In this document: in pieces, positions 47,301 through 54,662 of the stretch
Numbering within the stretch: the first letter of the stretch is position 1
Layout of the letters: the number at the start of each line of letters is the position of its first letter
Translations under genes and position numbers: made by a program
DNA from: a virus
Taxonomy: Duplodnaviria > Caudoviricetes
Strand: one strand, 5' to 3'
IMG/VR virus record: IMGVR_UViG_3300016476_000297
Coordinates: 1-58,566 of that record
Length of the DNA stretch: 58,566 nt
Notes under the pieces: generated by a model
The model's input: the letters and a program-made list of their open reading frames with translations, nothing else
Told to the model about the DNA's origin: nothing
The model's database searches: none

Positions 47301-49041
47301 AACTGAAATAGCTACTGCTCTGCAGACTGCATGGAATAATGTGCAGTTCCAAGTTAATACTAATCTTGGAACTGGAATAACAGTAAGGGCTACTGTTGAT
47401 GCAGGCTCTGCTCTTAGTGCAAACGATAAAGGAAACCTTAAAACTATTGCTACCAACAGTAGATTATTCCCAGCTATTGGGGCTTTAGGTGCTGGTGGTT
47501 ATGTAACTGGCACTATACCTAATTCTGCTACAGCCTTTGCTGAGGGTGGTTATGTAAAAGGTCCAGGATCAGACACTAGCGATAGCGTTCCTGCAAAACT
47601 ATCTAACGGAGAGTATGTAATAAAAGCTTCTTCAGTCAGAAGAGTTGGTAAGAACCTACTAGACGAAATAAATAATTCTGGAAACCTAGGTTATGCGCTA
47701 AGCAAGCAAGGCAGAAATGGTGATACTTTAGTAGCACATATAAATAGTGATGAAGTTAGAATGTTACTCCAGTCTGGAGGTAGTGGAACATTCAATCCTA
47801 AAACAGGACTAATGGAGTTCTTCAATAAAGACGGCGGCGCCTATGGGGGTGTGTTTGCAAATCAAGAAGTAGATAAGCTAATGTCAAGTTTCCAATCTAG
47901 CTTTACTACAGCTCCTAGAGCATCTTTAGTATCGCCTGGTGGATTTGTACGTATGGACAATGCTAGTGGTTCTCCTCAGATATATCCATATAATCCAGGA
48001 GAGGCATCTAGATTATCAGCTTACTATAGTCCCGATGCTATAATGAGTCAAGCCGCTAGTGCTATGATGTTAGGTTCAAGACCTTTAGAAGCTAGAGGTC
48101 TGGGCAGCTTACTAAGAATAAGTTATGGTATTGGTGCGCTGTCTGCATCAAGTGCTAATAGACCGTTTAACAACATAGTAGCACAAACCAACACAGGAAG
48201 TCTAGTAGGAGTAGATTCTAATTCAGTAGGTATAGGTCCTGATTTAGGTTCTGCACCAATAGAAAGAGGCGGCATAAATGCTAGACAAAACCAACTACTG
48301 GATGGTCTGGCTCGCAGGTTTGGAAGTTCAGGAGTTACTACAGGCATTAACTCGCCTGGACTACAAAAAGGTGCCATAAAAGAATATATAGACTCTTTAA
48401 ATGCTAAAGATAAAGGCATGTTCTTTGATTTCTATATGTTAAATAGTGCAAGCGCCAGAAATAAAGGTATAAGAACTTCTGTATTTGGTTACTCACCTGT
48501 AGGCGCCACTAATAGTTCTATTAGCTCTAGAACTACATTCGGCCCTGACACATATACTCAAGAAGTATCTACAGCTGCAACCAGTGCTCAAGGTGCAGGA
48601 TCTTTCGTAGGTAAATATGTTGAAGGATTAGCTCCTACAGGTAGCAGAGTTCCAGATCCATTTGCTTTTGGCGGTAAATATGCTGGTACTATAAGCGGTA
48701 TTGGTAGTGGTATACTAAGCCCTTCAGTTATGTTTGCCAGTGGCGGATTAGTAACTAGCCCAAGAGACTCCGTCTCAGCAATGTTAGAGCCAGGAGAGTT
48801 TGTACTGCGCAAGCAAGCAGTAGATCGCATGGGTCTAGACAATGCTATAAGACTAAACTCTACGGGAGACGCTGGCGGAGATATTGACATAGAAGTTAAT
48901 ATAAATAATAATGGCACCAGCCAAACTACAATAGGTACCCCAGAGGTTCGTAGAGAGAATGGTAAGATAGTAGTAGATATAATACTAGAAGATCTAAGAA
49001 CAAATGGTCCTATCAATAGACAAATTAGGAGTATAAGATAA
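38389..49041 (+). CDS. tape measure protein, 3550 aa
   Basis: T5-like N-terminus (FAAQSQGLGGLVAAYA, ELLDELGI, RRQAFANAV), long Ala-rich helical/coiled-coil body, Gly-rich hydrophobic segments, FA.GG.V...D.V.A.L..GE(Y/F)V motifs. Confidence 0.9.
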   Translation: MATIKNIIQTIFTSQGAGGTSRDIETLGRAQTRLGQSSASAGRSFAAQSQGLGGLVAAYAGAAATTFALQQGFDKLAKSARALQTIEGLSALAGGIAQDGSAILKSVQDITKGQMTLVESASQINLALSAGFNTKQIEGLAQVSLKASRALGRDLTDAMTRVTRGSAKMETELLDELGIYTKIEPATRAYAAAIGKSVTSLSEFERRQAFANAVIAEGQRKFSSINTSVATSAEKIEAFGARIIDLGLKLGGILADVVAPLADFMTNNLTASFSGFALVVSLIASKAIQVFLGAIDMLRDRALASSRALENKSRILLGIADAAKTATSAIAGLNLATFRGTQAEKNQIASLQDAAKARALTRSELVQSQKLIQKNIASLSDERAAYRQSIREAAVARGKLEQARAMPRGARPGDFSDPAERARNAAIRAANREIAATRPAAVAAVQALPALRSQLNQLETAYAATGAAATGARAQLAAFSGAAIAFGGKLVSNFAAGTGAVLGLVSKIFFFVSIIQLAGSAISSFLGYGDDFNAFFIGVGKNIQEYFGLDKAKTIKNTVNGIVAGSLSNIEKTNKELSQLETFKFKEKKILGIEFSVEKTKEDLVKEAGSILSTVSSGVSDGVQDGLVQGALAGAALGAFVGPIGVAVGAAVGAGLGYFLDSSFNEIEDATSKYGASIKKRLKSELSGFSTEAADNAVQALSVLEERMGRQAMFDPQARAAKEVLESLILQSAQYSDQFATISKIVSATGKQSDAITNQFDFAPVVSSLDYIDSAIIKINETELRLRIADEDSAALQAFFDKYSDNINTVLFQLSDANLKGKLSATNLGLDLSGFDSKDVNNFALAYQEAAKQQENLTVAQFASTVASSESTDLNRVLAASFSNLGDSANSAEVILKSYSASTLPDIQSSILNTIKTTNELNNSLLRSETVLADTFSGINDGSLDVEKFTQNFSNVQDSLVSSIRYVPKAQQELDKLSESLAALDPTSEAAIALSGLIEDEQRRIDVAKENVAAQKELLGVLKEQGDLFKQQAQAADFFKSFKIEKPKNPLSLELDLSLAVKGDLTPLDALTSKLAYLQTFIVDQGADIAKQYNANREALQELALTDAERQRILSTSKEDASSLVAELNKLEGVTASVANGALTITTSVIGIGQAVDGVTTQVVNLQEGAAGSIQQLTENAVQAQKDVIMAAINELPSFIDKAINDYTKLIKDANAEIKKLASDEISLKIKFEMDMASVDAEIAKIQSDARVRKLQFEAEVIGAKKDLKQIDPVAATKQIEAIQQQIITEQQYQLSRQLIADQDALTAKASLIEAEKIAAQDIIRQETAAQIQKLNNDKAYVNGLATLYTEIFGKQQDLDVKSVSDVINAGNAVADSWAKTFESGGKSVATAIISALQDQALVTQPVQGGTATYAATPVDTTISEAVANFNTQVGLAENAIIQLQGERVAAAEVSAQRELELIDKNRQALTEKYQAEFIALEDSRQLQSLNAEKELADAKKSGADAEKKREEQQKKLQEDYKSAIEKTKDALLDLVKEVMSAISSLVLANLQSKVEAAKVNEIIANTNLTATSEKLSEAQTKQQDLMQKELSLRDEVEESYKSLAEVQKSYIESLTGDDRSIKQSGQALIQNILDQKRKQIDLSKTISQRLRQDTFVQSLEDRKLTQEQRLQDATRTRVAAEERLEEVQNILSTITDLLSGQMFKLSSSMQALSQSVAAVQGVVGEGIKLGFSQADMASTITGFGNNVVNSLLFGNSNGGILGNAVNGLVNAGKTLLSAGSNISKAVASTGSLKSLAPTTSLRPMPNPMRAAGGAAGAGAGFWGTVGGAIGGGLQGFGIGNLVGALTKDPGMGSSIGGAIGGALASGLSVAIPSLFASGTFLGGIASGVGTALGVGLNFAIPVVGALVGALIGRLFSKTPKAGATGQLTSEGYTMTSSYQQKVAGGTAKNLSDIAGSTLESVVDSLKAVGIQFKDVVNTSIGLREKSITGASLEFAGGARFEKGGSGTSQEDLKGVAQFYLDSFVKGLRTGSLVVDKTVKGAADLQSAIDKFVKEDQSTKTIERLKEVLDYAAGFSAVLDKLGEAVPVTMGDAINKIVEGSQAAASAVSSQYTELKAQAADVFGTTSAQYAALNKKLKENALSQLGLAKGSDGIIRSVTKANEELNAGTLAIANIIEGITAFDSALVAAGFAASEAANIIDIALNTQLTDFIGAIGEDLKNSIDILKNPAIQSAIELQAIIANAQDRNKQAEGVLAGLKRSEDRISQSTIEKAIDNVAKSVELGALEVERYLESLNIEQLKAVVADEDRIDAATRLAASSRLVALEDEDRATAAKQFIKVSREFNKGLAEITKSSAVPQFVKQATSVIEVAQLLGKNSIDQFSIDFANLVNSIARGENISSNFETAIAGLNGQLSAGTITYTQLVEALDLLQSTALDSIQVLADLVSSVDETTSQIYDLYSTSLDNLITATDEVGSSFSDLLDGFKEKTQSVLGLFDDTLKSVAESGNKLYDLRDNAKEAFDAATKAVAEFEKTNKLTGRTVSQVTAELASVSSQITSLSSKPFDFASFLNLGALSSKQRLLQSELSKLTTVQEEYGKLIADRTAAEQDYLFANKTVSDLEASTTAKLLDTRIKESETVQEVKDAALEFVTSQKDLQDITQLLTAANFNLNQARFEERDRVVQVSEALRDLTAIASNLVAEANSINTTDVNKVKEAAKFAAEIEYGTSATAQITAAVNQAVAEFNSLKAVATSVTSVVNSTVGVGTAFSNAVKTTSDTLKIYDSLLTDSFEGYTKTISGYVTNINAILKSSFDGTDTTNFTGFITNLNKTQDALQLLSPTLNQLLADSKLGVIAGVTQSIGESVGTFQSNIITAVSGLLDAFSPSRKSKVDDFRTALEQFDSVGATINATGGLKDALATARTNAGNLSSSLTTLVANFLSLNTEVAKLNDVTNATTKTVTPGQLSQARAKITEIATALQTAWNNVQFQVNTNLGTGITVRATVDAGSALSANDKGNLKTIATNSRLFPAIGALGAGGYVTGTIPNSATAFAEGGYVKGPGSDTSDSVPAKLSNGEYVIKASSVRRVGKNLLDEINNSGNLGYALSKQGRNGDTLVAHINSDEVRMLLQSGGSGTFNPKTGLMEFFNKDGGAYGGVFANQEVDKLMSSFQSSFTTAPRASLVSPGGFVRMDNASGSPQIYPYNPGEASRLSAYYSPDAIMSQAASAMMLGSRPLEARGLGSLLRISYGIGALSASSANRPFNNIVAQTNTGSLVGVDSNSVGIGPDLGSAPIERGGINARQNQLLDGLARRFGSSGVTTGINSPGLQKGAIKEYIDSLNAKDKGMFFDFYMLNSASARNKGIRTSVFGYSPVGATNSSISSRTTFGPDTYTQEVSTAATSAQGAGSFVGKYVEGLAPTGSRVPDPFAFGGKYAGTISGIGSGILSPSVMFASGGLVTSPRDSVSAMLEPGEFVLRKQAVDRMGLDNAIRLNSTGDAGGDIDIEVNINNNGTSQTTIGTPEVRRENGKIVVDIILEDLRTNGPINRQIRSIR

Positions 49042-49451
49042 TGGCCAGTTTTCCTAGCGGCGCAACTTATAGTGTAGGTCCAACGACCTACTCTATGAGC
49101 AATAAAAAACCAGATAGAAATTTTACCGTAAATGAGGTGTTTAATAATGCCTCATTTACTAGCCAAAATGGATATCAAAGAACTCGTGCTGTAAGCAGGC
49201 GATCAAAAAGGCAATTTCAATTAAAATATACAAATATTTCAGGTGCCTACAAGCAGGCTATTGAAAATTTTTATAGAGCAAGAGGAGGGGACTTCGATTC
49301 TTTTGAATTTGACTTGTCTTACATAGGACTTTCTGGTAATATACAAGTTAGATTTGGTACAGATTTTACCGTATCCGAAGTACTTACTACTTCAAATGTA
49401 GTTACTAGCGCATACAGTGTATCATTTACTTTAACAGAGAGTTATACATAA
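49041..49451 (+). CDS. distal tail / minor tail protein M-like
   Basis: GY..R.....KR.F.L.Y, I..FY.AR.G...SF.F, VRF; position after tape measure. Confidence 0.7.
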   Translation: MASFPSGATYSVGPTTYSMSNKKPDRNFTVNEVFNNASFTSQNGYQRTRAVSRRSKRQFQLKYTNISGAYKQAIENFYRARGGDFDSFEFDLSYIGLSGNIQVRFGTDFTVSEVLTTSNVVTSAYSVSFTLTESYT

Positions 49452-51184
49452 TGTCAACTAGAGCTTATGATTACATACTTCAATTAGCAAACGCTTCTGC
49501 ATTTAGAACTGGTAATTCCATTATAGGAGTTACCAGTCTTACTGTTGGAGAAATAACAGGTATTACAGGAAATAATGTCAGAGTTAAACTAGCTAATGTT
49601 TACCAGTCTTATACTATAGGAGAAACGGTAAGAAGTAACACTGCTGTACTTACTACTTATAACGTATTTTCTAATTTAACTGGTTCAATTAACGGAACTA
49701 CTAATACTTTTACAATACCTACTTCAGGAGTACCTGATGATAGTATAATAGTGTATGTAGATAATAACATAGTAGACAAGCAATACTATGTCAGGGCCAG
49801 CGCAAATCAAATAAGATTTATACCTAGAACTAGATTAGCTAATCCTACAGGCACAGCAACTGTTCAGTATACGTACCCTGATACTTCCGTACGAAGCTTA
49901 ATAATACAGACAGTATCTGGCAATACTCTAGCTCCTTCTTTTGTATCGGCTAATTTTTCAGGCCAAATTACTACTGCCACAAGTACAGTGTCTGCTATTA
50001 GAGATAATCCTTATATTGCTGAAAAAAATTCTACTCAGCAAACTCCCTTAGTAAAACTGTATACAATTTACTATCCGGGCGAATGGTACCCTGGTACTGC
50101 TAATGGTAACCCTGGACAAAGCGGTGAAACATTTCCGTGGCCTTATGGGTTCCCTTTAAGATATGCAGAAGTAGTTGGAGAATCCTATAGCGACTTTAAT
50201 TACTCTGTAGCTTTAGACAATGTTGTGTACAGAGTTGTTGGAAGTGATAGCGGTGATATAAATATAGATTCTACGGGTAAAATAGGGGAACTGTCATTAT
50301 CCATATCTAATTTTGACGGTGTTATGGCGTCTATAGTAGAAAATAAAAATCTAGTAGGTTATAATGCTTCTAATAGTGCACTTGCTATTGTAAATGGAGA
50401 GCTAGTGCAGAATATAGACCCAAGAACCATACCTGGAAACGTGCATGCAAATAGTTCTATTATTGCTTCTAGAGGTATTAATGCTGCGTGGGACTATTCT
50501 TCTACCATAGCCAGAGGAGAAACTTGGACTTCTCTAAAACAAGATACTAGAGATTTACTAGGCGCAGTAGTAGAAGTAAAACTTACTTACGCTAAATTTC
50601 TCGACCATTGGCCGGAATACTCAATCGTAAGGTCTTCTACATCAAACTCGGCAAATGTCTATTCCTCCATACCCTACAGAGTGGGAGATACAGTCACTTC
50701 TAATAGTACGTCTGCTAGATCTAATGTAGTGTCCATAGAAGGTAATAGAGTATTTTTTAGCAATAATAGCTTATCTGGGCTAAGTGCTGGCTCAAAACTT
50801 TTGATTGTAAATCCTGATGCTGACAACTCTTCTTATGTAGAGTATGTATATACCATAAATAGACTAGATGAACTCGATGAGTTTGTAGCAAAATTTAATT
50901 TGACTAACTGGCTTCAATATTTTAAAATGAAGGTACCAAAAAGAAAATATGTAGCTACTACTTGCCCTTGGAAGTATAAAGGCGTAGAATGTAAATATCC
51001 GTCCTCTGGTTCTGGAAATATAGTGGGGTCTAATCCTGCTATAACAGCTAATGGATTTTTTACGTACTCTAATGAGAGCACGTTGGATTCTAGTAGAGAT
51101 GTGTGTTCTAAGACTATAACTGCATGTTCCTTAAGAAGAAATCTAACTAACTTTGGCGGTTTTACAGGTTTGAAAAATGAGTAA
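49451..51184 (+). CDS. minor tail protein L-like with inserted domains
   Basis: LSISN.DG, DL.GA.V....T.AKFLD, P.R.....CPW.YKG.EC.Y, D.CSK....C.LR....FGGF. Confidence 0.8.
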   Translation: MSTRAYDYILQLANASAFRTGNSIIGVTSLTVGEITGITGNNVRVKLANVYQSYTIGETVRSNTAVLTTYNVFSNLTGSINGTTNTFTIPTSGVPDDSIIVYVDNNIVDKQYYVRASANQIRFIPRTRLANPTGTATVQYTYPDTSVRSLIIQTVSGNTLAPSFVSANFSGQITTATSTVSAIRDNPYIAEKNSTQQTPLVKLYTIYYPGEWYPGTANGNPGQSGETFPWPYGFPLRYAEVVGESYSDFNYSVALDNVVYRVVGSDSGDINIDSTGKIGELSLSISNFDGVMASIVENKNLVGYNASNSALAIVNGELVQNIDPRTIPGNVHANSSIIASRGINAAWDYSSTIARGETWTSLKQDTRDLLGAVVEVKLTYAKFLDHWPEYSIVRSSTSNSANVYSSIPYRVGDTVTSNSTSARSNVVSIEGNRVFFSNNSLSGLSAGSKLLIVNPDADNSSYVEYVYTINRLDELDEFVAKFNLTNWLQYFKMKVPKRKYVATTCPWKYKGVECKYPSSGSGNIVGSNPAITANGFFTYSNESTLDSSRDVCSKTITACSLRRNLTNFGGFTGLKNE

Positions 51185-51557
51185 ATTCGAAGAGTTAGTA
51201 AGTAAGATGGGAAACCATTCGCTGTCAGAATACCCAAAAGAAGCTTGTGGTATAATTACTAAGAGCCTAGACTATATACCTACAAAGAACCTAAGTAGAA
51301 ACCCAAAAAATTCTTTTGTAATAGACCCACTAGCCATAATAGAGCACTATGATAATATATGGGGCTTTTTTCACTCACATCCAGGTAGTACTGACCCTAT
51401 ACCTAGTAGTAAGGATTTAGCTAGTACAAGTTTTACAGAATATAACTTTGTTGTAGGATTTGGTAGTAATTTTTACAAATACTGGTCTGTTGATGGAGAG
51501 TTAAGGTTTGAGAGATTAAATGAAAGCCACACTAACTATAATGCCACCGATCTCTAA
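51177..51557 (+). CDS. JAB/MPN domain tail tip assembly protein (gpK N-terminal-like)
   Basis: YPKEACG, HSHP.....PS..D. Confidence 0.85.
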   Translation: MSKFEELVSKMGNHSLSEYPKEACGIITKSLDYIPTKNLSRNPKNSFVIDPLAIIEHYDNIWGFFHSHPGSTDPIPSSKDLASTSFTEYNFVVGFGSNFYKYWSVDGELRFERLNESHTNYNATDL

Positions 51558-52107
51558 TACTAAAATTAGTATGAGTTTAGACGTAGATACTTACGAGGAT
51601 GTACTATCTTTTTTAAAGAGTCAATACTTTAAGATGGTATCTAGTATAAAGAATATTTTTATAGTTGATTCAGGTAAGCTAATAACCTCAGACATGTTAA
51701 AATTCAGTGTTAAGGGAAATATAACTGTAGGCCCTATGATATCAGGCGGTGTAGGCTTTGATAGCTTAGGGAACTTAAATGTATTTTATGGTACTAGCAG
51801 CACTTTGAGCAACCAAGCAGTTGCACTTACTGGCTTAGCAAAAAGAGTTACTGAATCCTCGCTATTTGGGCAAGGTCAAACTGCTTTTGACGTAGCTCAG
51901 AGAAAAACTAATAGAGCGAACGGTAGTTTAGAAAATATAGAAGACCCTACTACCGGATTCGGTAGTATATCGTCTACCTCTGGTTTTGGGTTGCCTGTGT
52001 CTTTGCATTTTGGTATGGTAAGAACTAGTGGCGCTGTAATTAACACTTACATTAAGCATATACAAAGAGGCGGAATAGACAATATAAGAGTAGTAGATTA
52101 CTTATGA
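51520..52107 (+). CDS. tail assembly protein I-like
   Basis: Ubiquitin-like N-terminus ending P.ISGG; G.PV.L.FG..R.SG.VI C-terminus. Confidence 0.7.
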   Translation: MKATLTIMPPISNTKISMSLDVDTYEDVLSFLKSQYFKMVSSIKNIFIVDSGKLITSDMLKFSVKGNITVGPMISGGVGFDSLGNLNVFYGTSSTLSNQAVALTGLAKRVTESSLFGQGQTAFDVAQRKTNRANGSLENIEDPTTGFGSISSTSGFGLPVSLHFGMVRTSGAVINTYIKHIQRGGIDNIRVVDYL

Positions 52108-54659
52108 TAAGAACATATATAATAGTAGGCGGAATTAAAGTACCTTTAATACAAGGTGGTAGTGTAGAAAGTGTTGGTTCTACGTTTTCTGTCAGTTTTG
52201 ACGGGTCAGTAGCAACTAACCCTAATACTAGCAAAAGTTCTGATATACTATTTGTTCAATTAGCTCTAGGTGAAGGACCTATATATAGAATAAATCCTAA
52301 CGGGCCTCAAGATATAGAAATAGATGATAGGTATATAGACGACCTGATTAACTTCACTACAAATAACGTAAAGCCGGAAGTATTTGGATATTCTTATCAA
52401 ACAGGTACTTTAACCCAACCTAGTATGCCATCTTTCGGCAGAGAAATAGTTAATAGCGTAAGGTTTAACAGCCCTGTTATTTTGAAAAGCGGATTATCAT
52501 CAAATCCAGATGTTCCAGCTCCTGCAGAAACCTCTGTATTATTTTTTCCTACAAGTCCTTCAGACGGGCTAAATCCTATCGACAGCATAAGAATAAAACT
52601 TAATGTTACAGAACTTAAAACTACTGGAACAGATGGTGATGAATCTAGTCAGCTAAGTGTCGCTGCACTAGTACACCCTTATACTGAACTATCGAATGTT
52701 AGCAATTATATAGCTGGTGGTGGTATGATTGTTACTAGTTTAGTAGTTGGTGGAATGGCTGCTGAGCTAGAGGTAAAGATACCGGACAATAAAAAGTCTG
52801 CGTCTGGTTATAGAGTTTCTATACTTAAAGTTAGTGACGACGTAGCAGAAGACGGGTACTCTAGTGAGATAGAAGTAGTAGGTTTTGACGAGGTAAGAAA
52901 AAGTCCTTACGCATATCCCAGAACTGCAATAGCGGGATACGCAGTAAAATCTACTGATTTTAGAAAAGACTCTATACCTATATTTACATCTCTAGTAAAA
53001 GGATTAATTGTAGACGTGCCTAGCAATTATAATCAGCCAATACTTCCTAATGGGCAGGTTGATTGGAGGCAAATTGAAGTTCCACCTACAGGGGCAGATT
53101 CTTATGTGGCTAGAGGCTATAGGCTTCAGAACACAGGCTCTACAGTTCTTAACGCTGTAAACCCTCAAATATATGTCGGTCCTTGGGACGGTACATATAA
53201 AAAAGACTGGACAGAAAATCCTGTATGGATAATTAAGTATATACTAACGGATTTATTAAACATACCTAACTCGGCCATAGATAAGTATAACTTCTACTCT
53301 GTGGCTCAATATTGTGATGCTGTAGATCCTTCTACTGGGCGTTTTATTGGCGTAGGCGGTTTTGCTGATGGAGGTTTTAGGTTTAAACCTAACGGCTATC
53401 TTACTGGAACTGTTGAAACGCTACTAGGGCTACCAGAAGGCACACCTGTTGCAGAGCGTCGTTTTGTTTTTGGCATGAGTGTAACAGATAATACTGACGC
53501 GTATACTTTACTGTCTGGTATTGCTAGTTCTTTTAGAGGAGTAATATCTTATTCTTCAGGTAAGATACGACTTATAATTGATAGGCCAGAAACTATGCCA
53601 GTAGCTATGTTCAACGAGACGAATATAGAACAGGGCTCTTTCAAGTTATCTGGTATACGAGAAGAAGACATAGTAACTGGTGTTGACGTTTCTTTCATCA
53701 ACTTTAATGACCATTTTAAAAAAGAAACAGTGACCCTAGACAGAGAAGACCCGTCTCAAATAGACTTTGAAAAGAAAATAGCAATAGATGCAGTTGGATG
53801 TACTAGAAAAAGTCAAGCACTTAGATTGGCAAAGTATATTCTAGACTCCAATAGTCTGCTTAAAAGAAAACTACAATTTACAGCCTACTCAGATGCCTCT
53901 GATTTAGAGATCGGAGATATTATTTCTGTATCTCAACAAATATCAAATACGTCGTATGGCTACGGAGGTGTAGTGTATAGTAACTCTACTGTCGGCACTG
54001 CTAACGTTAGATTAGAATATTATACAAGCCCTCCTATAACTCCTTCGGTGTTTACAGCCAATACTAGACCGTTAGCATTGAAAGTATTTAGACAAGTCGA
54101 TAACTTATTAGACTACTACTTAATAAGTAATACAAACTTCTCCCTATCTAATACAGGTTTTTCCTACACAGGCTCTGACATAGTAAACGTTACAGTAATT
54201 AGCAAGCTCAACCCATTTACAAAGGCTTTTACTTCTTATAGTTCGTTTACCGCCAATAACACACCTAAGCAAGGTGATTTGTGGGCTATAGGCGAAATAG
54301 ATGTAAGAAACATATTTAACCAAACTGCTGATAAACTTTTTAAAGTAGAACAGCTAAGCCTGCTAAATGATGGTAAAGTTAGTATAACTGCTACAGAATA
54401 CGATCAATCCATATTGTATTCTTCTGACAACGCAGCTTTAACTTCAGATAGTGTCAGTTCAGTTAATTTAAATTATGTAACACCTCCACCTCCTGTACTA
54501 AACCTAAGGGCTATACCTTCCAGAAGCAGAGAAGGTATAATATCATACAAGGCTACTATAAGTGCCACTTCAGATAGTGCAAACTATAATGTTCCTGTAA
54601 CTACTGCCATAAACTACGGTTCTATAACTAACGTTATAGACGTAATAAGTCAAGGATAA
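52104..54659 (+). CDS. tail tip protein J-like, N-terminal/hub part
   Basis: LGEGPI, YP.TA..G, VKG..V.VPSNY, WDG..K..WT.NP.W, IDK..FY..AQYCD, GCT..SQA.R, GD.I.V, A.EY. Confidence 0.85.
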   Translation: MIRTYIIVGGIKVPLIQGGSVESVGSTFSVSFDGSVATNPNTSKSSDILFVQLALGEGPIYRINPNGPQDIEIDDRYIDDLINFTTNNVKPEVFGYSYQTGTLTQPSMPSFGREIVNSVRFNSPVILKSGLSSNPDVPAPAETSVLFFPTSPSDGLNPIDSIRIKLNVTELKTTGTDGDESSQLSVAALVHPYTELSNVSNYIAGGGMIVTSLVVGGMAAELEVKIPDNKKSASGYRVSILKVSDDVAEDGYSSEIEVVGFDEVRKSPYAYPRTAIAGYAVKSTDFRKDSIPIFTSLVKGLIVDVPSNYNQPILPNGQVDWRQIEVPPTGADSYVARGYRLQNTGSTVLNAVNPQIYVGPWDGTYKKDWTENPVWIIKYILTDLLNIPNSAIDKYNFYSVAQYCDAVDPSTGRFIGVGGFADGGFRFKPNGYLTGTVETLLGLPEGTPVAERRFVFGMSVTDNTDAYTLLSGIASSFRGVISYSSGKIRLIIDRPETMPVAMFNETNIEQGSFKLSGIREEDIVTGVDVSFINFNDHFKKETVTLDREDPSQIDFEKKIAIDAVGCTRKSQALRLAKYILDSNSLLKRKLQFTAYSDASDLEIGDIISVSQQISNTSYGYGGVVYSNSTVGTANVRLEYYTSPPITPSVFTANTRPLALKVFRQVDNLLDYYLISNTNFSLSNTGFSYTGSDIVNVTVISKLNPFTKAFTSYSSFTANNTPKQGDLWAIGEIDVRNIFNQTADKLFKVEQLSLLNDGKVSITATEYDQSILYSSDNAALTSDSVSSVNLNYVTPPPPVLNLRAIPSRSREGIISYKATISATSDSANYNVPVTTAINYGSITNVIDVISQG

Positions 54660-54662
54660 GAT

